From: Longimicrobiales bacterium
GTDB lineage: Bacteria; Gemmatimonadota; Gemmatimonadetes; Longimicrobiales; RSA9
NCBI GenBank assembly: GCA_035512635.1
Contig: DATKDR010000034.1
Location: forward strand, 2,471 to 66,470
DNA length: 64,000 bases
Reading direction: 5' to 3'
In this document: positions 51,133 to 60,111 of the stretch, in pieces
Position numbering within the stretch: the stretch's first letter is position 1
Layout: every line of letters begins with the position of its first letter
Translations under genes and position numbers: made by a program
The notes under the pieces: generated by a model
Seen by the model: the letters and a program-made list of their open reading frames with translations, nothing else
Databases searched by the model: none
What the model was told of the DNA's origin: nothing

Positions 51133-52472
51133 GGCGATTCGATACCCTGCGGGCGCCGCCGCGTTTCGATCAGATCGGCGATCAGCGCTGCGTTGTGGGC
51201 CGCGCCGCCCAGTCGCTGCTCGACGAAGTCTCGCGCGGCGGCACCCGCCGCGGCGCGGGCGGCGGCGTCGCGGAGGAGCAGCGCGAGCGTGCGCGCGAGG
51301 TCTTCTTCACTCTGCACGTCGAAGCCGCCGCGAGCGTCCGCGAGCTCCGAGGCTTCACGCGCATTGCCGTGCCTGGGCCCGAAGAAAACGGGCACCCCGA
51401 GCGCAGCGGGCTCGACGACGGAATGCAGCCCCTGGTCGTGAAAGCCGCCGCCCACGTACGCGAGGTCGGCGATCGCATACAGATCCGCGAGCACGCCGAC
51501 GCGGTCGACGAGCAGCGCGTTGCGCGCTTCGGCCCCCTGCTCGACCGCGGTCATGCGCGTGGCGCCCAGACCGACCTGTCGGAGCGAGGCTTCGAGCGCG
51601 TTCAGATGCGCCTCCGTAGGCTCGTGCGGCGCGATGATCCAGAGCGGAGCCGAGTCGTTCGCGCGCATGCGCCGCGCCGCCGCGACGAGAAGTCGCTCGT
51701 CCGGTGCCCAGGTCGAACCCGCAACGACCACGCGCCTGCCGGGCGGCACGAGGGCGCGCATGCGCGCCAGGCGCGTGGCGTCGCCGCGCAGGAGCTGCAC
51801 GCGCTGCCAGACCTGATCGAAGCGCGCGTCACCGGTGAGGCGGATGCGCTCCGGCGCGACGCCCACGCGACGGAAGAGGGGCTCGTCGCGTTCCGACACC
51901 ACGCCGACCGCGTCGAGGCGCGCGTGCGTCGGCGCGAGCAGCCAGCGCGCCAGCGGCTTCAGCCGCCCCGACGAGGGTGACATGACCGCATTGACCAGGG
52001 CGACCGCGGCACCGGCCTCGGTTGCCGCGCGCGCGAGCAGCGGCCACACCTCGGTGCGCACGCACGCGACCACGGCCGGTCGAAGCTCCGCCACCGCGCG
52101 CCCGACGTGCGCCGTCACGTCCCAGGGCAGATAACCGGTCACGTCGGCGCCGAGGCTGTCCGCCACCCGCTCGGCGGAGGGACTGAAGCAGGTGAACGCG
52201 ACGTGGACGTCGGGGCGGCTCGAACGCAATGCGCCGATGATCGCCTTCGCCATGAGCGCCTCGCCCACCGAGGGGGCGTGCACCCAGACGAGCGGCCGGG
52301 ACGGGTTGCGCCGGGTGCGCTGCCATTCGATGAGGCGGTCGGCGGCGTCGCCACGCCCGCGCACGCCGACGGCGAGCTTGCCGTTGCCGCGGCCGATCGT
52401 GCGCAGCAGCGGAACTGCGCCCCGTATGGCGGTCTCGAGCAGCCGATCGCGGCCCGTGACCGGGTGCCTCAC
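51129..52472 (-). CDS. waaA: 3-deoxy-D-manno-octulosonic acid (Kdo) transferase
   Basis: I trimmed to GTG 52472. LVWVHAPSVGEALMAKAII, the typical WaaA/KdtA N-terminal motif, and a GT-B C-terminal half (VGGGFHDQGLHSVVEPAALGVPVFFGP). Confidence 0.88.
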   Translation of the reverse strand: MRHPVTGRDRLLETAIRGAVPLLRTIGRGNGKLAVGVRGRGDAADRLIEWQRTRRNPSRPLVWVHAPSVGEALMAKAIIGALRSSRPDVHVAFTCFSPSAERVADSLGADVTGYLPWDVTAHVGRAVAELRPAVVACVRTEVWPLLARAATEAGAAVALVNAVMSPSSGRLKPLARWLLAPTHARLDAVGVVSERDEPLFRRVGVAPERIRLTGDARFDQVWQRVQLLRGDATRLARMRALVPPGRRVVVAGSTWAPDERLLVAAARRMRANDSAPLWIIAPHEPTEAHLNALEASLRQVGLGATRMTAVEQGAEARNALLVDRVGVLADLYAIADLAYVGGGFHDQGLHSVVEPAALGVPVFFGPRHGNAREASELADARGGFDVQSEEDLARTLALLLRDAAARAAAGAAARDFVEQRLGGAAHNAALIADLIETRRRPQGIESP

Positions 52473-52666
52473 TCGGGGGAAAACTCCCGCTCGTCGGGCG
52501 CGGCCTGACGCCTCAGCTCGAGCAGATCCGCACCGGCGGCAACATCCGGCGGCACCACTTCGCGCAGCCGCGCCATGGCCGACAGCAGGTCCGGCGCCTC
52601 GACGTCCGCCATGTGGTAGCGGGGGCGGTCGGCTGTCCAGCGCACGGTGCCGCGCCAGGAAGGCAT
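52469..52666 (-). CDS. Small hypothetical protein (65 aa), translationally coupled to waaA
   Basis: ATG 52666 lies 2 nt after the DUF423 stop, and the stop overlaps the waaA GTG (GTGA). Sequence MPSWRGTVRWTADRPRYHMADVEAPDLL... has no recognisable domain. Confidence 0.35.
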   Translation of the reverse strand: MPSWRGTVRWTADRPRYHMADVEAPDLLSAMARLREVVPPDVAAGADLLELRRQAAPDEREFSPE

Positions 52667-52668
52667 GC

Positions 52669-53040
52669 TCAGACGCGCAGCGCGGCGAGGCCCAGCAGGG
52701 CCCAGCCGGCGATGAGCGCGAGGCCGCCCAGCGGCGTGATCGCTCCCAGCCAGCGCGGTCCGCCGAGCGCGAGCAGGTAGAGCGAGCCGGAGAAGACGAC
52801 GGTGCCGGCGACGAACAGCCAGCCGGCCGCGCCGACCAGTGCCGCAGCGCGCAGCGCGGTCGACACCCACGCGACACCGAGCAGCGCGAGCGCGTGATAC
52901 ATCTGGTAGCGCGCCGCGGTCTCGAAGATGGCCAGACGGTCGGGCTGGAGGCGCGCCTGGAGCGCGTGCGCGCCGAAGGCGCCCGCGGCCACCGCGAGCA
53001 TCCCGAGCAACGCGGCCAGGGCGAGGAACGTGCGATGCAC
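52669..53040 (-). CDS. DUF423 (YgdD/TMEM256-like) membrane protein
   Basis: GTG 53040 gives VHRTFLALAALLGMLAVAAGAFGAHAL... Four TM segments and the conserved GAFGAH motif. The start could alternatively be GTG 53058. Confidence 0.75.
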   Translation of the reverse strand: MHRTFLALAALLGMLAVAAGAFGAHALQARLQPDRLAIFETAARYQMYHALALLGVAWVSTALRAAALVGAAGWLFVAGTVVFSGSLYLLALGGPRWLGAITPLGGLALIAGWALLGLAALRV

Positions 53041-53134
53041 TCCGGTTTCTTCGATCACGCCGCGTATCGTATAGATTGCGCGCGGTGCTAGCCAGTTCGA
53101 GCGACGAATCGATCGACGCGGGGACACGGACCTG

Positions 53135-54214
53135 ATGAAGCGGCCATCCAGGAAGACGTTCGTCATTCTGACGCTCCTGTTCGTCGCGGGCGCCACCTGG
53201 ACGTGCTCGGCCTGCTCGGCCGGCTACATCCTGCGAGCCGGCTACGAGGAGGCGAAGATCCTCGCCCGGCGCGAGCCGATCCGCGATATCATCGCCGCGC
53301 CCGCCACGCCGCCCGAGGTGCGACGCCGGCTGGAGCTGGTGCTCACCGCGCGCGATTTCGCCGAGCACTCACTCGGCCTCGATGCCGGCGACAGCTACAC
53401 CACGTACTCACGGGTGGACCGCGATACGCTGGCCCTCATCCTGTCCGGCGCCCGCCGCGACCGCTTCAGCGCGGTCACCTGGTGGTTCCCCATCGTCGGC
53501 AGCGTTCCCTACAAGGGCTACTTCGACATGGACGACGCGCTCGAGGCACAGCGCGAGCTCGAGGACGACGGCTTCGACACGTTCCTGCGACCGACCGCGG
53601 CCTTCAGCACGCTCGGCTGGTTCAACGATCCCCTGCTCTCGACCGTCCTGCGCTACGGCGACGTCTCCATCGTGTCGACCGTGATCCACGAGCTGACGCA
53701 CAACTCCCTCTACCTGCCGGGGCAGGCCGGCTTCAACGAGAGCTTCGCCAACTTCGTCGGGGACCGCGGAGCCGTCGCGCTGTTCTGCGGCATGGACGGC
53801 CCCGCCTCCGAGCGGTGCGCGCGCACGACGGACGAGTGGGCGGACAACCTGGCATTCGCCGCGTTCCTCAACGGCCTCGTCGCCGAGCTCACGACCCTCT
53901 ACCAGCGCGAGGACATCGACGCCGCCCAAAAGCTGGCGCTGCGCGAGCCGATCTTCGAGCGCGCGCGACTGCGCTTCCGCGACGACGTGCTGCCGCCGAT
54001 GAGGACCGACCGTTTCCGGGGCTTCGAGCGGCTCCCCATGAACAACGCGACGCTCATGGCCCGGCGCCTGTACTACGACCGGCTGGACCGCTTCGAAGCC
54101 GTCTTCGAGCGGCTCGGCCGTGATCTGCCGCGCGCGATCGAGGCGATCATCGAGGCGGCCGAGGCACATCCGGACGATCCCTGGCTCGGACTGGAGCGCC
54201 TGGCCTCGGGCTGA
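53135..54214 (+). CDS. Putative zinc aminopeptidase (COG4324-type)
   Basis: N-terminal anchor (FVILTLLFVAGATWTCSAC), WWFPIVGSVPYKGYF, VIHELTHNSLY (HExxH) and NESFANFVG. Confidence 0.8.
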   Translation: MKRPSRKTFVILTLLFVAGATWTCSACSAGYILRAGYEEAKILARREPIRDIIAAPATPPEVRRRLELVLTARDFAEHSLGLDAGDSYTTYSRVDRDTLALILSGARRDRFSAVTWWFPIVGSVPYKGYFDMDDALEAQRELEDDGFDTFLRPTAAFSTLGWFNDPLLSTVLRYGDVSIVSTVIHELTHNSLYLPGQAGFNESFANFVGDRGAVALFCGMDGPASERCARTTDEWADNLAFAAFLNGLVAELTTLYQREDIDAAQKLALREPIFERARLRFRDDVLPPMRTDRFRGFERLPMNNATLMARRLYYDRLDRFEAVFERLGRDLPRAIEAIIEAAEAHPDDPWLGLERLASG

Positions 54215-54292
54215 GAGGACTTCCCAAATCGGCCGGTCCAGTACGATATTCCGCCAGGAAGCCCGTCGCCCGGTACCTCTCTCCCGCCGGCC

Positions 54293-56851
54293 ATGAGCAG
54301 TTCCGCCATTCCCCAGATCGTGCTCGCGATTTCCGCGCTGCTCGCCCTGGGCACCGTGCTGTCGCTCGCGGCACGTCGGCTGCGGCTGCCCCTCTCCTTC
54401 CTGCTGGTCGTCGTCGGGCTGCTCCTCGCGCTGGCGGCCGATCGCGTCGAGGCGCTCAGCTCCCTGCGCTCGCTCACGCTGTCGCCCGAGCTGCTCGTCT
54501 ACCTGTTCCTGCCGACGCTGCTGTTCGATGCCGCGTTCACCATCGACACACGCGCCCTGCGGCAGAACATCGTGCCGGTCCTCGGCCTCGCGATTCCGGC
54601 CGTCGCGATCACGTTCCTGCTCGCCGGGCTCGGCATCCACTACCTGCTCGCGGTGCCCGCCGCGGCGGCTTTCCTGTTCGCCGCGCTGATCAGCGCCGCC
54701 GACAGCACCGCCGCGCTCGACATCTTCAACGAGACGGCCGCGCCGAAGCGGCTGACGATTCTCGCGCAGGGCGAGAATCTGTTCAACGACGCGACGGCGG
54801 TCGTGCTGTTCGGCATCGTGGTCACGTTCGCGGGCGTCGAGGGCAACCTGTTCGGTGCGGGTGAGACGACGCTCGGCGGCGGAACCGCGCACTTCTTCAA
54901 GAGCTTCTTCGGCGGGCTCGCCACCGGCTGGGCCATCGCGCTCCTCGCCGGCAAGATCATCGAGCTGGTCGAGGACGACCTGATCGAGATCCTGCTCACC
55001 ACCGCCGCCGTCTATCTGTCGTTCATCGCCGGCGAAACCCTGATCGCATCGAGCGGCATCATGTCCGTCGTGGGCACCGGCCTCACGCTCGGCGGCTGGG
55101 GTCGGACCAAGTACACGCCCACCTCGCTCGACTACCTGAACCGCTTCTGGGGCTACCTCGCCTTCGTCGCGCACGCGCTGATCTTCCTGCTGGTCGGGCT
55201 GATGCTCGATGTGTCCAGCCTGCCGCAGTACCTGCTGCCGATCGCCATCGCCATTCCCGTTTCGCTCGTCGCGCGCGCGGTCAGCATCTACGGGCTCTTC
55301 CCGCTGCTCAACCGACTCCCGTGGGTGGAGCGGGCGGATTTCCCGCATCAGACGGCCATGGCCTGGGGCGGGCTGCGCGGCGCGATGTGTCTGGTGCTGG
55401 CGCTCGCGATACCCGAGACCTACGCGTACCGCGAGATCATCCTGAACATGACCGTCGGCGTCGTCCTGTTCAGCCTGCTCGTGCAGGGACTCACGCTGCG
55501 GCCGCTCGTCCAGTGGCTCGGGCTGCACCAGCCGTCGATCCCCGAGCGCTATCTGCTCGAGGAAAGCCTGCTCACCGCGAAGCACCGCGCGCGTGCGATG
55601 ATGAGCGACCTCCTCGAGGGAGGAGTCTTCAGCGACCGCGTCGTCCGCAGCCTCGAAAGCTCGTACGCCAAGCAGGAAGAGGTCATCCAGGCGCAGATCC
55701 GCACCGTGCGCGAGCAGGGCTCCATCGACAGCTGGGACGAGTTCAGACTGCTGAAGCGGGAGCACCTGCTCTTCGAGAAGCGCGTCTACCGCGAGCTGTT
55801 CGAGGGCGGCCAGCTCTCCGAGAAGGTCTACAAGGAGCTGGAGCAGTCGATCGGCATGCAGCTCGACCACCTGCGCAAGGCGGAGGGCCTGCCGGTCTGG
55901 ACCATGTACTCTCCATGGGGCTGGCGTTTCGAGGCCAACGTCTTCCGCGTCTTCGACGTCATCGCGCCCGACAGCTCCTGGGTCCAGCGCTATCGCCTGC
56001 GCCGCATCGCGGAGCGCTACGAGGCCCAGTGGGGACGGCTGGTCGCATCGAAGCGCGTGCTCGACGAGATCCCGCGCATCGAGAAGCACTACCCGAAGTC
56101 CCCCGAGGCGCTCGAGGAGCTGCGCGGGCTCTACTCGCGCTGGCACGAGACCGCGCGCAGCCGCCTCGATGCCGTCGCGCAGCAGTTCCCCGAGTACGTG
56201 CAGAAGGTGCAGGAGCTGATGGTCATGCGACTCTGCCTCCAGGCGGAGGAGAAGACCATTCAGGAGCTCGAGCGACTCGAGGTGCTGCCCGAACGCGAGG
56301 CGCGCGCCGTCCGCGAGCAGCTCCGCAATCAGCTCCGCCGCCTGCGCGAGCGCCCCATCTCGGAGCTCGAGCCCAGGGCCGACGAGCTGCTCGCCAAGGT
56401 GCCGTTCTTCAAGGGCCTGCCGCGGGAGGAGTTCGAGCGCATCGTGCCGCTGCTGCGGCAGCGGACCTACCTGGCCAACGAGATCATCGTGCGCCAGGGC
56501 GCCCTCGATACATCGATGTTCCTGATCAGCCGCGGCGTCGTTCGCGTCATCGTGTCGCGCGAGACTTTCGGCGAGATGCCGGTCGCGACACTGCTCGCCG
56601 GCGATTTCTTCGGCGAGATGGCCGCCCTGACCGCCAATCCGCGCACCGCGACCGTGAAGGCCGTTACCGATTGCAGCGTTTACGTGATGCGCGCCGAAGA
56701 CCTCCAGGCGGTGGCAGTGCTCTGCCCGGTGCTCCACGAGGCGCTCGAAACCAAGTACTTCCAGCGCCGGGCCGAGCTGGACGAGGATGCGCGCGAGGAC
56801 GCGATGAACCTCCAGCATCTCGCCGCGAACACCCCTCCCTCGAACCTGTAA
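54293..56851 (+). CDS. CPA1 (NhaP-type) Na+/H+ antiporter fused to a long cytoplasmic region ending in a cyclic-nucleotide-binding domain
   Basis: About 400 aa of TM transporter (AALISAADSTA, GENLFNDATA), a helical linker, then cNMP-binding signatures FFKGLP...FFGEMAAL...RTATVKA. Confidence 0.9.
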   Translation: MSSSAIPQIVLAISALLALGTVLSLAARRLRLPLSFLLVVVGLLLALAADRVEALSSLRSLTLSPELLVYLFLPTLLFDAAFTIDTRALRQNIVPVLGLAIPAVAITFLLAGLGIHYLLAVPAAAAFLFAALISAADSTAALDIFNETAAPKRLTILAQGENLFNDATAVVLFGIVVTFAGVEGNLFGAGETTLGGGTAHFFKSFFGGLATGWAIALLAGKIIELVEDDLIEILLTTAAVYLSFIAGETLIASSGIMSVVGTGLTLGGWGRTKYTPTSLDYLNRFWGYLAFVAHALIFLLVGLMLDVSSLPQYLLPIAIAIPVSLVARAVSIYGLFPLLNRLPWVERADFPHQTAMAWGGLRGAMCLVLALAIPETYAYREIILNMTVGVVLFSLLVQGLTLRPLVQWLGLHQPSIPERYLLEESLLTAKHRARAMMSDLLEGGVFSDRVVRSLESSYAKQEEVIQAQIRTVREQGSIDSWDEFRLLKREHLLFEKRVYRELFEGGQLSEKVYKELEQSIGMQLDHLRKAEGLPVWTMYSPWGWRFEANVFRVFDVIAPDSSWVQRYRLRRIAERYEAQWGRLVASKRVLDEIPRIEKHYPKSPEALEELRGLYSRWHETARSRLDAVAQQFPEYVQKVQELMVMRLCLQAEEKTIQELERLEVLPEREARAVREQLRNQLRRLRERPISELEPRADELLAKVPFFKGLPREEFERIVPLLRQRTYLANEIIVRQGALDTSMFLISRGVVRVIVSRETFGEMPVATLLAGDFFGEMAALTANPRTATVKAVTDCSVYVMRAEDLQAVAVLCPVLHEALETKYFQRRAELDEDAREDAMNLQHLAANTPPSNL

Positions 56852-56855
56852 CCCC

Positions 56856-57242
56856 TCAGCTCGCGGCTTCGGTGAAGCGCGCGAACGTGATCGCGTTGCC
56901 CGCAGGATCCCGCACGATCAGCTCGTCCGCTCCGTAGAACGTCGTCCGTCTGGGCACGATCGGCGTCACCCCGACGAGCGCCGCCTCGATCGCATCCAGA
57001 TCGTCCACCTCGATGAACAGAAAGCTCGACGCGGGCGCGGTGTCCGCGAGCGACGGCACGTCGGCACGGACGCTGTCCACCGTCTGGTACATGATCTCCA
57101 CCCTGCCCTTCACCAGGATCACGAAGCCGAGCCGGCCCTCGTGCGGCAGCTCGACCGTCTTCTCGAAGCCCAGCCGCTCGACCCAGAACGGCAGCACGGG
57201 CTCGATCTCCTCGACCATCAGCACAGGCGTGATCTTTTTCAT
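56856..57242 (-). CDS. VOC (glyoxalase/bleomycin-resistance) family protein
   Basis: 128 aa showing a paired beta-alpha-beta-beta-beta module pattern (PVLMVEEIEPVLPFWVERLGFEK ... FLFIEVDDLDA ... FYGADELIVRDPAGN). Confidence 0.75.
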   Translation of the reverse strand: MKKITPVLMVEEIEPVLPFWVERLGFEKTVELPHEGRLGFVILVKGRVEIMYQTVDSVRADVPSLADTAPASSFLFIEVDDLDAIEAALVGVTPIVPRRTTFYGADELIVRDPAGNAITFARFTEAAS

Positions 57243-57299
57243 GGAACGCTCGGGGTATGAGTAGCCGTCGCCCGCGGTTATGTTGGCGCGCCTCGTTGG

Positions 57300-57339
57300 G
57301 CGCTAGGCGCTAGGCGCTAGGCGCTAGGCGCTAGGCGCC
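57300..57339. repeat. (GCGCTAG)5 GCGCC heptamer array
   Basis: Direct reading. Located in the divergent VOC / leuS intergenic region. Confidence 0.95.
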
Positions 57340-57378
57340 GACAGTACGCTGCCGCTCCGACAACCGGAAGCCCGGAGT

Positions 57379-57462
57379 CCAGAGCCCGGAGCATCGAGCC
57401 CAGAGCCCAGAGCCTAGAGCCCAGAGCCTAGAGCCTAGAGCCTAGAGCCTAGAGTCTAGAGC
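57379..57462. repeat. 12-unit heptamer array C[CT]AGAGC (with 2-3 degenerate units)
   Basis: Direct reading. It ends 15 nt before the leuS ATG (57478). The unit is the reverse complement of GCGCTAG with one mismatch. Confidence 0.95.
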
Positions 57463-57477
57463 CCAAAGAACCTATCG

Positions 57478-60111
57478 ATGACCGAGCGGGAAAACAGAAG
57501 CGAACGCGGTCCGGCCTACGAGCCGGTGGCGATCGAGCGGAAGTGGCAGGAGCGGTGGGGGACGGAGCACGTGAACGCGTTCTCCGACGACGGGCTCGCC
57601 GCCGCGCCGCGGCCGTTCTACAACCTGATGATGTTCCCCTATCCCTCGGCGGAGGGGCTGCATGTCGGCAACATCTACGCCTTCACGGGCGCCGACATCT
57701 ACGGGCGGTGGATGCGACTGCGGGGCTACGACGTCTTCGAGCCGATCGGCTTCGACGCGTTCGGCATCCACTCGGAGAACTTCGCGCTCAAGCAGGGCAC
57801 GCACCCGCTCGACCTGATCCCGCGCAACGTCGCGAACTTCACGCGCCAGCTACGCCGCACCGGTGCGATGTACGACTGGGATCACACGGTCGACACCACG
57901 GACGCGTCGTACTACCGCTGGACGCAGTGGATCTTCCTCCAGCTCTTCAAGGCAGGACTCGCGGAGCGCAAGGAAGCGCCCGTCAACTGGTGCCCGTCGT
58001 GCATGACCGTGCTGGCGAACGAGCAGGTCATTGGCGGCCGGTGCGAGCGCTGCAACACGCCGGTCGAGCAGCGTACGATCGCGCAGTGGTTCTTCCGCAT
58101 CAGTGACTACGCGCAGCGGCTGCTCGACAACCTCGAGTGGATCGACTGGTCGGAATCGACGCGCAAGGCGCAGCAGAACTGGATCGGCCGCAGCGAGGGA
58201 GCCGAGCTGCGCTTCCCGCTCGACTGGACGCCGCCCGACGAATTCTGGGACAGCGCGTTCGCCGGCGACACGGAGGAAGCCGAAGCGATCGCGGCACTGC
58301 GCGAGGAGCTCGACGAGAACGAGTCGCGCGTCGATGAGATCACCATCGACGTCTTCACGACCCGGCCCGACACCGTCTTCGGCGCGACCTTCATGGTGCT
58401 CGCGCCGGAGCACCCGCTCGTGCCCTGGATCACGGGCGACGCGCAGCGCGCGGCGATCGACGAATACCGGACGCAGGTCGGCGCCATGGACCTCGTCGCC
58501 CGGAAGAAGACAGACAAGGAAAAGAGCGGCGTCTTCACCGGCACCTACGCGATCAACCCCGCGACCGATGAGCGCATCCCCGTCTGGATCGCCGACTACG
58601 TGCTGATGGAATACGGCACCGGTGCGATCATGGCCGTGCCTGGGCATGACGAGCGCGACTTCGAGTTTGCGACGAAGTTCGCCCTGCCGATCGTGCGCGT
58701 GGTCGCCGCGTCGGTCGAGGTCGCGAACGCGCCCATGGCGGCCGCGGAGCCGCATGAAGGCGTGCTCGTCAACTCGGACCGCTTCGACGGCATTCCCGCC
58801 GACGACGCCAAGGCCGAGATCGTCGCGTGGCTCGCCGAACGCGGCATGGCCGAGACGCGCGTCAACTACCGGCTGCACGACTGGTGCATCTCGCGCCAGC
58901 GCTACTGGGGGCCGCCGATTCCGGTGGTCTACTGCGACGTTTGCGGCATCGTGCCCGTGCCGGAGTCCGAGCTGCCCGTGCTGCTTCCCCGCATCGAGAA
59001 CTATCAGCCGAACCAGAGCGGCGTCAGTCCCCTCGCCCGGGACGAGTCGTGGTACCGCGTGCCCTGCCCGCAATGCGACGCAGAGGCGCGACGGGAGACC
59101 GACGTCTCCGACACGTTCCTGGACAGCGCGTGGTATTTCCTGCGCTATCCCTCGGCGAACCGGGACGACGTCGCCTTCGATGCGGAGCTCACGCGGAAGT
59201 GGCTGCCGGTCACCATGTACATCGGCGGCGAGGAGCACTCGGTGCTGCACCTGATGTACGCGCGCTTCATCACGATGGTGCTGAAGGATCTCCACCTCGT
59301 CGACTTCGAGGAGCCGTTTCGCACGTTCCGGAAGCACGGCCTCATCATCCGCGACGGCGCGAAGATGTCGAAGAGCCGCGGCAACGTGGTCGTGCCCGAC
59401 GACTACATCGAGCGCTGGGGCGCCGACACGTTCCGCACCTACCTGATGTTCCTCGGGCCGTATCAGGAAGGCGGCGACTTCCGGGACCAGGGGCTGATGG
59501 GCCCGTACGGTTTTCTGAACCGGCTGTGGGACACCGTGCTGCCGGTGAAGGAGCTGGGCGGTGGACCGCTCGAGGATGCGATCGAGCAGAAGCTGCACGC
59601 GACCATCCGGAAGGTGGGCGACGCCATCGGCTCGCTCAGCTACAACACCGCCATCGCGGCGATGATGGAGTACCTGAACACGGTGCGTGAGGGCGGCCGG
59701 GCCGCCAATCGAGCCGAAGTCGAGCCGCTGATCGTGCTGGTGGCGCCGTTCGCGCCACACATCGCCGAGGAGCTGTGGCAGCACCTCGGCCACGACGAGA
59801 GCCTGTTCCGCCGTGCATCCGTGCGACGCGAGCCGCCCTCGGTCGGTTTCGAGATCGCCATCGACGACGGCGGTGCGCGCGGCCTCTGGCCGGCCTACGA
59901 CGCCGACAAGGCGACGGCGGACATCGTCGAGTTCGTGGTGCAGGTGAACGGGAAGCTGCGCGCGCGCATGCCCATGCCGCGCGGAATCGTCGAGGCCGAG
60001 GCGCGCGAGGCCGCGCTCGCCGATGAGAACGTGCGTCGTTTCGTCGACGGCAAGCAGATCCGGAAGGTGGTCTTCGTGCCCGACAAGCTGGTCAACATCG
60101 TGGCAAGCTGA
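57478..60111 (+). CDS. leuS: Leucyl-tRNA synthetase
   Basis: 877 aa. HIGH-type motif (AEGLHVGNIY), CP1 editing domain, KMSKS (GAKMSKSRGN), and zinc-binding cysteines (CPSC...CERC). Confidence 0.96.
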   Translation: MTERENRSERGPAYEPVAIERKWQERWGTEHVNAFSDDGLAAAPRPFYNLMMFPYPSAEGLHVGNIYAFTGADIYGRWMRLRGYDVFEPIGFDAFGIHSENFALKQGTHPLDLIPRNVANFTRQLRRTGAMYDWDHTVDTTDASYYRWTQWIFLQLFKAGLAERKEAPVNWCPSCMTVLANEQVIGGRCERCNTPVEQRTIAQWFFRISDYAQRLLDNLEWIDWSESTRKAQQNWIGRSEGAELRFPLDWTPPDEFWDSAFAGDTEEAEAIAALREELDENESRVDEITIDVFTTRPDTVFGATFMVLAPEHPLVPWITGDAQRAAIDEYRTQVGAMDLVARKKTDKEKSGVFTGTYAINPATDERIPVWIADYVLMEYGTGAIMAVPGHDERDFEFATKFALPIVRVVAASVEVANAPMAAAEPHEGVLVNSDRFDGIPADDAKAEIVAWLAERGMAETRVNYRLHDWCISRQRYWGPPIPVVYCDVCGIVPVPESELPVLLPRIENYQPNQSGVSPLARDESWYRVPCPQCDAEARRETDVSDTFLDSAWYFLRYPSANRDDVAFDAELTRKWLPVTMYIGGEEHSVLHLMYARFITMVLKDLHLVDFEEPFRTFRKHGLIIRDGAKMSKSRGNVVVPDDYIERWGADTFRTYLMFLGPYQEGGDFRDQGLMGPYGFLNRLWDTVLPVKELGGGPLEDAIEQKLHATIRKVGDAIGSLSYNTAIAAMMEYLNTVREGGRAANRAEVEPLIVLVAPFAPHIAEELWQHLGHDESLFRRASVRREPPSVGFEIAIDDGGARGLWPAYDADKATADIVEFVVQVNGKLRARMPMPRGIVEAEAREAALADENVRRFVDGKQIRKVVFVPDKLVNIVAS

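Noticed and set aside
53408-56818. 1136-aa minus-strand ORF
   Set aside because: Antisense to the aminopeptidase and NhaP-cNMP genes. It has R/E/D/G-rich low-information sequence, and the sense-strand genes have clear family motifs.
57300-57462. Possibility that the tandem arrays are CRISPR arrays
   Set aside because: The units are only 5-7 nt and directly abut each other without unique spacers of 25-40 nt. No cas genes are in the window.
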